Assembly (NCBI GenBank): GCA_964536865.1
Contig: CAZHYN010000001.1
Location: 30,001 to 62,000 of the forward strand
Direction of reading: 5' to 3'
Length of the DNA: 32,000 bases
Origin: an uncultured Planctomycetia bacterium
GTDB lineage: Bacteria; Omnitrophota; Gorgyraeia; Duberdicusellales; 4484-171
Shown here: piece by piece, positions 24,665 through 32,000 of the stretch
How the letters are laid out: every line of letters begins with the position of its first letter
Numbering within the stretch: the first letter of the stretch is position 1
The notes under the pieces: model-generated
Databases searched by the model: none
What the model saw: only the letters and a program-made list of their open reading frames with translations
Told to the model about the DNA's origin: nothing
Made by a program: the position numbers and the translations under genes

Positions 24665-25108
24665 ATGAATGTAGGAGTAATTGGAGGTTATAGTTGTTCA
24701 AGGAGAGCCTATAAACTCGCTAGGGAGGTAGGTCGACTCATCGCTCAGCAAGGGTGGATTTTAATCTGTGGAGGAGGTTCGGGAGTTATGGAAGCAGCTT
24801 GTTTAGGAGCAAAGGAGAAAGGGGGTATAACCTGCGGGATACTCCCCAGCTATACAGGGGAAGAAGCAAATCCTTATTTAGATATTAAAATTCCCACAGG
24901 GTTGGGCTATGCTCGTAATATTTTAGTGGTGAGAGCTTCCCATTGTTTAGTGGCTGTTGATGGTAAATATGGAACTCTTTCCGAGATAGCATTTGCTCTG
25001 AATGAAGGAAAACCTGTTTTGGGTATGGATACTTGGGATATAAAGGGAGTAGTAAAAGTAAAGAATCCTCGAGAAGCAATAGAGTATATTAAAAAGAAAA
25101 TATTATGA
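24665..25108 (+). CDS. TIGR00725-type SLOG/LOG-superfamily Rossmann protein
   Basis: 147 aa. VGVIGG..., ICGGGSGVMEAACLGA, VAVDGKYGTLSEIAFAL (related to the LOG PGGxGTxxE motif). ATGA overlap with carA. Confidence 0.7.
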   Translation: MNVGVIGGYSCSRRAYKLAREVGRLIAQQGWILICGGGSGVMEAACLGAKEKGGITCGILPSYTGEEANPYLDIKIPTGLGYARNILVVRASHCLVAVDGKYGTLSEIAFALNEGKPVLGMDTWDIKGVVKVKNPREAIEYIKKKIL

Positions 25109-26238
25109 AAGCAGCATTGTTTTTAGAGGATGGATTTTACCTGGAGGGGATAGGCTTTGGTTATCCTGGAGAGACAATTGGTGAGGTTGTTTTTAATACT
25201 TCTATGACAGGGTATCAGGAGATTTTAACCGACCCTTCCTATCGAGGTCAAATTGTCTGCATGACTTATCCTCTCATTGGAAATTATGGAGTGAATTCCT
25301 CTGATACAGAGTCATCAAAAGTTCAGGTGGAGGGTTTTATTGTAAAGGAGCGTTCTCGCATAGAGAGTAATTGGCGGGCAGAAAGTTCCTTAGAGAATTA
25401 TTTAAAAACAAACAGAGTAGTAGCAGTGGAGGGGGTGGATACGCGAGCGATAACCCGACGTCTGAGAGAAAAGGGTTCAATGAAAGGAGTAATCTCTGTT
25501 GTTGATTTTGATCAAGAGAGTCTACGGAGGAAGTTAGAGGATTTCCCTTCTATCGTAGGAAGAGACCTAGTAGCTGGGGTAACTACAAAAGAGGTTTATG
25601 AGTGGAAAGAGGATTTGGGGTTAAGAAGGATGAAGGAAGTAAAAAAGGCATCATTTACAGTAGTGGTGGTAGATTGCGGGGTTAAATTTAGTATTTTGCG
25701 ATGCTTAAAAGAGTATGTGGAGAGGGTAGTTGTTGTTCCCGCTAACACTCCTTTAAAAGAAATCTTAAAATTTAAACCTCAGGGAATCCTTTTCTCTAAC
25801 GGTCCTGGAGACCCTCAGCCAGTGAGTTATGTAATCGAAACTGCTAGGGAGTTAATCCAGAGATTAAAGAAAAAAGAAATAAAAATAGGAGTTATGGGGA
25901 TATGTTTGGGTCATCAAATTTTAGGTCTTGCCTTTGGAGGGAAGGCTCAAAAACTAAAATTTGGTCATCATGGAGGAAACCATCCAGTAAAAGATTTAAC
26001 TACAGGAAGAATTGATATTACTAGTCAGAATCACAATTTTGTTATTCCTCCCCAAAGTATTCCTGAGGAAGGTTTAGTTCAGACACATATTAATCTTTAT
26101 GATCACACACCTGAAGGCTCTGAGCATAAAGAGTTACCTATCTTTAGCGTACAGTTTCATCCCGAAGCCGGTCCCGGGCCCTTTGATGCTCGTTATATAT
26201 TTGGTAAGTTCGTCGGTCTGATGAAAGTTTTATCCTAA
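25105..26238 (+). CDS. carA: Carbamoyl-phosphate synthase small (glutaminase) subunit
   Basis: 377 aa. GYQEILTDPSY, catalytic GICLGHQ, FHPEAGPGP. Confidence 0.95.
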   Translation: MKAALFLEDGFYLEGIGFGYPGETIGEVVFNTSMTGYQEILTDPSYRGQIVCMTYPLIGNYGVNSSDTESSKVQVEGFIVKERSRIESNWRAESSLENYLKTNRVVAVEGVDTRAITRRLREKGSMKGVISVVDFDQESLRRKLEDFPSIVGRDLVAGVTTKEVYEWKEDLGLRRMKEVKKASFTVVVVDCGVKFSILRCLKEYVERVVVVPANTPLKEILKFKPQGILFSNGPGDPQPVSYVIETARELIQRLKKKEIKIGVMGICLGHQILGLAFGGKAQKLKFGHHGGNHPVKDLTTGRIDITSQNHNFVIPPQSIPEEGLVQTHINLYDHTPEGSEHKELPIFSVQFHPEAGPGPFDARYIFGKFVGLMKVLS

Positions 26239-26241
26239 TGT

Positions 26242-26267
26242 TTGGATGTTAGATGTTCGACATCCAA
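26242..26267 (+). repeat. Perfect 8-bp inverted repeat (stem-loop) in the carA-carB spacer
   Basis: TTGGATGT (26242-49), a 10-nt loop, ACATCCAA (26260-67). No U tract follows. The carB SD lies just downstream. Confidence 0.5.
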
Positions 26268-26284
26268 TATGAAGAGGGAAAGTT

Positions 26285-29200
26285 ATGCCTAAACGGAGAG
26301 ACATAAAAAAAATTCTAATAATTGGTTCTGGCCCCATTGTTATTGGTCAGGCATGTGAATTTGATTACTCAGGGACACAAGCTTGTAAAGCTCTAAAAGA
26401 AGAAGGTTACCAAGTAATTCTTCTTAATTCCAATCCTGCAACGATTATGACTGATCCTGGGTTTGCCGATAGCACTTACATTGAGCCGATAACGGTAGAA
26501 GTTTTAGAAAAGGTAATTGCTCGGGAAAGACCTCAAGCCTGTCTTCCTACCTTGGGAGGACAAACCGGTCTTAACGTTGCTTTTGAGGCTGCCAAAAGAG
26601 GGATATTAGATGCCTACAAGGTGGAGTTAATTGGTGCTAACCGGGAAGCTATTGCCCGTGCCGAGGACAGAAAGCTGTTTAAACTCACTATGGAAAAAGC
26701 AGGGATCCCTTTACCTCGTTCTCGCACTGTCTATTCTCTAAAAGAGGCGGAGGAGGCTTTAGAATTCGTGGGTCTACCTTGTGTAGTAAGACCTGCGTTT
26801 ACCTTAGGAGGTACAGGGGGAGGAATTGCTTACAATATTGAAGAGTTTAAAGCAGCTGTTAAACGAGGAATAGATGCCAGTTTAATTGGTGAGGTTTTGA
26901 TTGAAGAGTACTTGGAAGGTTGGAAAGAGTTTGAGCTTGAGGTAATGAGAGATAAGAAAGATAACGTGGTTATTATCTGTTCTATAGAAAACTTTGATCC
27001 TATGGGAATTCATACCGGAGATTCTATTACTGTAGCTCCTGCTCAGACTTTGACTGATATAGAGTATCAAAGAATGCGAATCTATGCTATAAGAGCTATC
27101 AGGGCAATAGGAGTAGAGACGGGAGGGAGTAACATTCAATTTGCCATAAATCCTAAGGATGGAAGAATAGTGATTATTGAGATGAATCCCAGAGTTTCTC
27201 GTTCTTCTGCTTTGGCTTCTAAAGCAACAGGATTCCCTATTGCTAAGATTGCTGCTAAATTAGCTGTAGGGTTAACTTTAGATGAGATTCCTAATGACAT
27301 TACCAAAGAAACTCCTGCATCTTTTGAGCCTGCAATAGACTACTGCGTAGTCAAAATTCCTCGTTTTACTTTTGAAAAGTTTCCCAAAGCGGACCCTGCT
27401 CTTAATACTTCTATGAAGTCAGTAGGGGAGGTGATGGCTATAGGAAGAACATTTAAGGAGGCCCTTCTTAAAGGGATAAGAGCTTTAGAGATTGGTAAAT
27501 ATGGATTAGAGTCTATGATAGATAAAGAGAAATTGCCTCTGGGAGAGGTAATAGAGAAAGTAAAGCAAAATTTAACCATTCCTAACGCGAAGAGGATTTT
27601 TTATATTGCCGATGCATTTCGTTTAGGATTTAAAGTAGAAGAGGTAGAAGGACTAACTCATATAGATAAGTGGTTCTTAAATAATATAAAAGAGCTTATT
27701 GATTTTGAGGAGAAGTTGAAGAAAGATAAGAAGTTAACTCCTTACATCTTACGAAAAGCAAAAGAGTTAGGTTTCTCTGATATTTACTTAGGTAAAATCC
27801 TTCAGATTTCTTCTGAGAGGATTCGTAAGATTAGAGAAAAAGAGAAGATTTTTGCTGTATACAAATTGGTAGATACCTGTGCAGGTGAATTTGAAGCTTA
27901 TACTCCTTACTACTACTCAACCTATGAGTGTGAGTGTGAAGCGAGGGTTTCTCAAAGAAAGAAAGTGATGATTTTAGGAGGTGGTCCTAACCGGATTGGT
28001 CAGGGGATTGAGTTTGACTACTGTTGTGTACACGCTGCCTTTGCTCTGAGAGAAGAAGGTATTGAGGTAATTATGGTAAATTGTAATCCCGAGACGGTTT
28101 CTACTGATTATGATACCTCTGATAAGCTTTACTTTGAGCCAATAACCTTGGAGGATGTTTTAAATATTGTCCGTAAAGAGTCTCCCTGGGGAGTGATTCT
28201 CCAGTTCGGTGGTCAAACTCCTCTTAACTTAGCTTTGGGATTAGAGAAAGAAAAGGTAAATATTTTAGGAACAAAGGCAAAGTATATAGATATTGCTGAA
28301 GATAGGGATAAATTTAGGAGCCTTCTCTTAAAGTTAGGACTTAGACAACCGGAGAGCGGGATCGCTAAAAGTTTGGAGGAAGCAAAAAAGATAGCTTTTC
28401 AGATTGGCTTTCCTGTTTTAGTAAGGCCCTCCTACGTTTTAGGAGGTAGGGCAATGGAGATAGTCTACGACTTAGAAACTCTGGAGGGTTTTGTAAAGGA
28501 AGCTTTAGAATACTCTATGAATCAGACTATCCTTATTGATAAGTTCCTTGAAGATGCTATTGAGGTAGATGTGGATTTGATCGGCGATGGGAAGAATTTT
28601 GTTATTGGAGGTATCTTAGAGCACATTGAGGAAGCAGGGATTCATTCTGGAGATAGCGCAATGTGTCTTCCTCCTTTTAGCCTCCCTAAAGAGATAGTAG
28701 ACAAGATTAGAGAAGCAAGCTATGCCCTAGCAAGAGAACTAAATATTGTAGGTCTTATGAATCTCCAGCTAGCAGTGAAGAATCGCTCTATTTTTGTTCT
28801 AGAGGTGAACCCTCGAGCGTCAAGAACAGTTCCTTTTGTTTCTAAAGCTATAGGTGTAGCTCTGGCCAAATTAGCGGCTAAGGTAATGGCAGGCAATACC
28901 TTAAAACAGTTAGGATTTACCAAGGAGATAGTTCCTCTCTATCGGTGTGTGAAAGAAAGTGTTTTCCCTTTTAATCGTTTTCTAGGAGTAGATATAATCT
29001 TGGGTCCTGAGATGAAATCTACTGGGGAGGTTATGGGAATAGATTTTGAATTTGGAAGAGCTTATCTTAAGAGCCAATTAGGAGCTTCACAGAATTTACC
29101 TAAAGGAGGAGTGGTGTTTATCTCAGTAAGAGATAAAGATAAGAAAGGTATTGTTCCTGTAGCCAAGAGATTGAAAGAGCTAGGATTCAAAATCTTAACT

Positions 29201-29521
29201 ACTCAAGGGACAGGGAAAATACTAAAGGAAGAAGGAATCGATGTAAAAGTCCTTCCTAAGCTTGCTGAAGGAAGACCCAATATTATAGACTACATAAAAA
29301 ACAAACAAGTTCATCTTATTATTAATACTCCCTCGGGAAGAATCCCCCGTAAAGATGAAACAGTGATAAGAAGTACAGCAACTCTTTATAGGGTTCCTTG
29401 CATTACTACTGTAAGTGGAGCCATTGCTTCTACCAAGGCTATAGAGGTTCTCCTCTCCCACGATGTAGAGGTGAAAAGTATTCAAGAATATCATCATCTT
29501 CTGAACTCTTCTCAATTTTAG
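26285..29521 (+). CDS. carB: Carbamoyl-phosphate synthase large subunit
   Basis: 1078 aa. Duplicated ATP-grasp halves ([19 protein letters not shown] and [19 protein letters not shown]) and a C-terminal MGS-like allosteric domain. Confidence 0.96.
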   Translation: MPKRRDIKKILIIGSGPIVIGQACEFDYSGTQACKALKEEGYQVILLNSNPATIMTDPGFADSTYIEPITVEVLEKVIARERPQACLPTLGGQTGLNVAFEAAKRGILDAYKVELIGANREAIARAEDRKLFKLTMEKAGIPLPRSRTVYSLKEAEEALEFVGLPCVVRPAFTLGGTGGGIAYNIEEFKAAVKRGIDASLIGEVLIEEYLEGWKEFELEVMRDKKDNVVIICSIENFDPMGIHTGDSITVAPAQTLTDIEYQRMRIYAIRAIRAIGVETGGSNIQFAINPKDGRIVIIEMNPRVSRSSALASKATGFPIAKIAAKLAVGLTLDEIPNDITKETPASFEPAIDYCVVKIPRFTFEKFPKADPALNTSMKSVGEVMAIGRTFKEALLKGIRALEIGKYGLESMIDKEKLPLGEVIEKVKQNLTIPNAKRIFYIADAFRLGFKVEEVEGLTHIDKWFLNNIKELIDFEEKLKKDKKLTPYILRKAKELGFSDIYLGKILQISSERIRKIREKEKIFAVYKLVDTCAGEFEAYTPYYYSTYECECEARVSQRKKVMILGGGPNRIGQGIEFDYCCVHAAFALREEGIEVIMVNCNPETVSTDYDTSDKLYFEPITLEDVLNIVRKESPWGVILQFGGQTPLNLALGLEKEKVNILGTKAKYIDIAEDRDKFRSLLLKLGLRQPESGIAKSLEEAKKIAFQIGFPVLVRPSYVLGGRAMEIVYDLETLEGFVKEALEYSMNQTILIDKFLEDAIEVDVDLIGDGKNFVIGGILEHIEEAGIHSGDSAMCLPPFSLPKEIVDKIREASYALARELNIVGLMNLQLAVKNRSIFVLEVNPRASRTVPFVSKAIGVALAKLAAKVMAGNTLKQLGFTKEIVPLYRCVKESVFPFNRFLGVDIILGPEMKSTGEVMGIDFEFGRAYLKSQLGASQNLPKGGVVFISVRDKDKKGIVPVAKRLKELGFKILTTQGTGKILKEEGIDVKVLPKLAEGRPNIIDYIKNKQVHLIINTPSGRIPRKDETVIRSTATLYRVPCITTVSGAIASTKAIEVLLSHDVEVKSIQEYHHLLNSSQF

Positions 29522-29595
29522 CACACAAAATATAGTATAAAACTACCCCCTGCACTATATATAGAAAAATTTCCTTATAAAGAAAAAGAATTTTC

Positions 29596-29624
29596 TTGAC
29601 AGCTTTAAAAGTAAGTAATATAAG
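29596..29624 (+). promoter_or_regulatory. Sigma70-type promoter: TTGACA, 17-nt spacer, TATAAG
   Basis: TTGACA at 29596-29601 and TATAAG at 29619-29624, in the 165-nt gap after carB and upstream of the HTH gene. Confidence 0.55.
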
Positions 29625-29686
29625 TAAAGCAGTTAAAGTAAATACTGTAATTACACAAAAATGTTTTAAAGAGGGGATGATGAGTT

Positions 29687-29923
29687 ATGGAAGGACAAAA
29701 TAAGAAATTAATTTCTGCGAAGGAGATAGCAAAAAAGTTCAATATTCCTTACTCTACAGTTAATCACTATACTAACCTTGGTTTTCTTTCTGTGGTAAAA
29801 AGGAAAGGGAATATGCGTTTTTATGAGGAAACCAAAGTTAAAGAGCGCCTTAAAAGAATTCTTCACCTTAAGGACGAAGGTTACCCTTTAAGGCTTATAT
29901 TTAAGATGCTCAATGGCAGGTAA
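29687..29923 (+). CDS. Small MerR-like helix-turn-helix DNA-binding protein
   Basis: 78 aa. ISAKEIAKKFNIPYSTVNHYTNLGFL resembles a MerR/excisionase-type HTH. Short C-terminal helix. SD AGAGGGGA upstream. Confidence 0.6.
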   Translation: MEGQNKKLISAKEIAKKFNIPYSTVNHYTNLGFLSVVKRKGNMRFYEETKVKERLKRILHLKDEGYPLRLIFKMLNGR

Positions 29924-29939
29924 AAAGTAGAGGGGAGAG

Positions 29940-30800
29940 ATGAGTTACTTTAAGATCCTTGGTTTTGATAAAGAGCCATTTTCTACGAGCCCAGATCCTG
30001 ATTTCTTCTATTTAGCTAAGGATCATGAGACAGCTCTAGTTAACACCCTAATTGAGTTAAGATTACGTCGAGGTTTAACAGTTGTTCTAGGAGACATTGG
30101 CACAGGTAAAACTACTCTCTCAAGAAAGTTAATTCAGGAATTGAGAGAAAGAGAAGATTTTATTTTTCATATAATTTTAGATCCTTTCTTTGAAAATCAA
30201 ACAGAGTTTCTTTATTATCTCATAAGTAGTTTTGAAATACCATTCTCTACCAATTTAACTACTCTCACTCTTAAGGAAAGTTTAGAGAAATTCCTTTTTC
30301 AAAAAGGAGTGATAGAAAATAAAATAGTAGTGCTCATCATTGACGAAGCTCAAAAACTTAGCGATTTTACTTTAGAAATGTTAAGAATTCTTCTTAACTA
30401 CGAAACTAACGAATTTAAACTTCTTCAATTAGTTCTTTTAGGACAACTGGAGCTTCACACCAAAATCATGAGTATTCCCAATTTTTTCGATAGGATAAGT
30501 TTCAAATACACTCTTAATCCTTTAAGTTTTGAAGAAACCAAAGATATGATTGAATTTCGCATTCGTCAAGCAGGATATAAGGCGAGAATGCGTCTTTTTT
30601 TAGATGAGGCAGTAGAAGAGATTTATGGATATACTAAAGGGTATCCTCGCCGAATAACTATGCTTTGTCATAGGGCCCTTAAAGAGTTGGTAATGAGAAA
30701 TAAGGTAGTGGTAGATAGAAAGTTAATCAGAGGTATTGTGGAAGAGGAGATCAAAACAGGATGGTATCGGGATCCTCTACTCCCGAAAGGGAGTTATTGA
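29940..30800 (+). CDS. ExeA/GspA-like AAA ATPase (secretin-assembly / MshM-type)
   Basis: 286 aa. FGFDKEPFSTSPDPDFFY (typical ExeA N-terminus), Walker A GDIGTGKTT, Walker B VLIIDEAQKL, GYPRRITMLCHRAL. Confidence 0.8.
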   Translation: MSYFKILGFDKEPFSTSPDPDFFYLAKDHETALVNTLIELRLRRGLTVVLGDIGTGKTTLSRKLIQELREREDFIFHIILDPFFENQTEFLYYLISSFEIPFSTNLTTLTLKESLEKFLFQKGVIENKIVVLIIDEAQKLSDFTLEMLRILLNYETNEFKLLQLVLLGQLELHTKIMSIPNFFDRISFKYTLNPLSFEETKDMIEFRIRQAGYKARMRLFLDEAVEEIYGYTKGYPRRITMLCHRALKELVMRNKVVVDRKLIRGIVEEEIKTGWYRDPLLPKGSY

Positions 30801-31420
30801 AACTCATTGAGGCAGAAAAGAAAAGTTCCTCTAGGGGAGGAGAGGTAAAAAAACGGTTACGTTTCTCTTTCCTAGGAGCTCTTAGAGGACGGTGGGCCTT
30901 CTTTAAGGAGGCCTTTTCTACTAATCGTAAAGTGTTTGTAGGAGATATTAGCTTGATTAATCGAATTCTTATGGGAGTAGCTATCCTTCTCGGTTTTTAT
31001 GTAGTGGTAAACAACACTCTTTCTTTTCTCGCTCTACCTCGAAAGATAGAAAAGACTATGCAGGTAAAAACTAGGAATTTTAAGATTTCTTCTTTGAAGG
31101 AGTTATCTATTCTAAAAGAAGCTTCCTACTATTTAGATAAAGTAAAAAAGAGAGATATCTTTGCAATGGTGATAGAGAAGCCCAAAGTGAAAGAAAAGGA
31201 GGAGAAAAAGTTAATTAAAGAAGTAGAAGAGAAAACAAAAGATTTAAAATTGGTAGGGATTGCCTGGTCAGACAATCCTGATGCTATGATTGAGGATACC
31301 AAGGTAGAAAAGACCTATTTTGTCAAACAGGGAGATATTATAAATGGTGTAAGGATAGAGAGGATTTTTAGAGATAAAGTGGTGTTAACCTATAAAGGAG
31401 AAAAGATAGAGTTAAAATGA
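30797..31420 (+). CDS. Bitopic membrane protein with a GspC/PilP-like (T2SS-C HR-type) C-terminal domain. Proposed TTG start.
   Basis: TM helix ILMGVAILLGFYVVVNNTLSFLAL. C-terminus LKLVGIAWSDNPDAMIEDTKVEKTYFVKQGDIINGVRIERIFRDKVVLTYKGEKIELK fits the GspC/PilP beta-sandwich pattern. TTG 30797 has SD AAGGGAG and overlaps the upstream stop (TTGA). The ORF-track ATG at 30761 is an alternative start. Confidence 0.6.
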   Translation: MKLIEAEKKSSSRGGEVKKRLRFSFLGALRGRWAFFKEAFSTNRKVFVGDISLINRILMGVAILLGFYVVVNNTLSFLALPRKIEKTMQVKTRNFKISSLKELSILKEASYYLDKVKKRDIFAMVIEKPKVKEKEEKKLIKEVEEKTKDLKLVGIAWSDNPDAMIEDTKVEKTYFVKQGDIINGVRIERIFRDKVVLTYKGEKIELK

Positions 31421-32000
31421 GAAGCAAGTTTATTACTTTGTCTATCTTATTTCTCTTATCTATTAATTTTTCCTTTTTGTATGCGGATTTAGTTTCCTCA
31501 ACTAATGAGAAGATAAATAGAGATTCCTCTAGAGAAATGGAAGAGAGGATTTCTTTAGATCTGCGGAATATCGATATAGTAGATGCTCTTAAATTTTTAG
31601 CAGAGAAAGCAGGAATAAATATCGTTACTACTAAAAAAGTTAGCGGGAGAGTGACTCTCAAGGTAGACAACGTTCCTATAAAGGATATTTTTGATGTGAT
31701 GCTTCGTTCTAACAATTTAGCTTATGATAAGAAGGGGAATATTTACAATGTAATGACTGAAGAAGAATACAAAGCTCTATATGGGAAGAAGTTTTCCGAC
31801 CCCCGTCAAGTAAAGATAATTGATCTTAAGTATGCACTCCCTGAGCAGATATTTTCTTTATGTGATGTTTTAAAGAGCGATATAGGAAGAATATTGGTTA
31901 ATCCAGAGTCAGGTAAAGTGGTGATTATGGATTCTCCTGAGAAGATTAAGGAGATTGAGGAGGCTATCGAGCGATTTGAAAAAAAGAATGTAGTTAAAGT
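31417..32000 (+). CDS. Secretin (GspD/PilQ family), N-terminal part only. The ORF runs off the window and is absent from the ORF track.
   Basis: My translation: MRSKFITLSILFLLSINFSFLYA (signal peptide), ISLDLRNIDIVDALKFLAEKAGINIVTTKKVSGRVTLKVDNVPIKDIFDVML (N0/STN-like), VKIIDLKYALPEQIF...VVIMDSPEKIKEIEEAIERFE (secretin N1-type domain). ATGA overlap with the upstream gene. No stop before 32000. Confidence 0.8.
   Translation, partial: MRSKFITLSILFLLSINFSFLYADLVSSTNEKINRDSSREMEERISLDLRNIDIVDALKFLAEKAGINIVTTKKVSGRVTLKVDNVPIKDIFDVMLRSNNLAYDKKGNIYNVMTEEEYKALYGKKFSDPRQVKIIDLKYALPEQIFSLCDVLKSDIGRILVNPESGKVVIMDSPEKIKEIEEAIERFEKKNVVK

Noticed and set aside
29522-29580. Possible terminator after carB (ATATAGT ... 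ACTATAT)
   Set aside because: It is a 7-bp all-AT-rich stem with a 17-nt loop and no U tract, so it is not credible as an intrinsic terminator.
30761-30796. ATG 30761 as the start of the GspC/PilP-like gene (40-nt overlap with the ExeA-like gene)
   Set aside because: It has no SD and an unusually long overlap. TTG 30797 has SD AAGGGAG and a TTGA stop/start overlap. This is not decisive, so 30761 remains a possible alternative.
1-32000. CRISPR arrays, transposases/IS elements, prophage genes, toxin-antitoxin pairs or known defence systems
   Set aside because: No regularly spaced direct repeats, no terminal inverted repeats, and no ORF with transposase, integrase, Cas or typical defence-gene motifs was seen on either strand.

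Overview
AT-rich bacterial chromosomal segment (Lys/Glu/Ile-rich proteins). Lineage cannot be assigned from sequence alone. All credible genes lie on the + strand: about 37 CDS, 1 complete and 1 partial tRNA, and 1 ncRNA candidate. They are packed tightly, with many overlapping stop/start junctions, and I see only four sigma70-like promoters.

Gene order:
- tRNA 3' end, then thrS-infC-rpmI-rplT-[TrkA-N / TrkA / small peptide / TrkH / membrane-anchored hypothetical]-pheS-pheT
- a promoter-driven GC-rich structured RNA with 6S RNA architecture
- rarA and 5-formyl-THF cyclo-ligase
- rny-ymdB-PilZ
- dxs, a four-subunit 2-oxoacid:ferredoxin oxidoreductase in D-A-B-G order, and gltX
- a pyr operon with PyrR-box/leader-peptide/terminator attenuator: pyrR-pyrB-pyrC-[Mut7-C nuclease, EndoQ-like PHP nuclease, flavodoxin-like, tRNA-Arg(CCG), TIGR00725/SLOG]-carA-carB
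- a separately promoted MerR-like HTH / ExeA-like ATPase / GspC-PilP-like protein / secretin cluster, with the secretin truncated by the window end

I see no CRISPR array, transposase, integrase, rRNA or recognisable defence island. I do not see compelling evidence for a wholly new system. The best second-look items are the 6S-like RNA, the translation-coupled pyr attenuator, two sub-threshold uORFs that end 1 nt before SD-less downstream genes, the nuclease/SLOG module inside the pyr operon, the HTH-ExeA-GspC-secretin cluster, the rny-ymdB-PilZ coupling, and domain-minimised aminoacyl-tRNA synthetases. Several ORF-track starts were revised: infC, pyrR, korA, korC, Mut7-C and the GspC-like gene.
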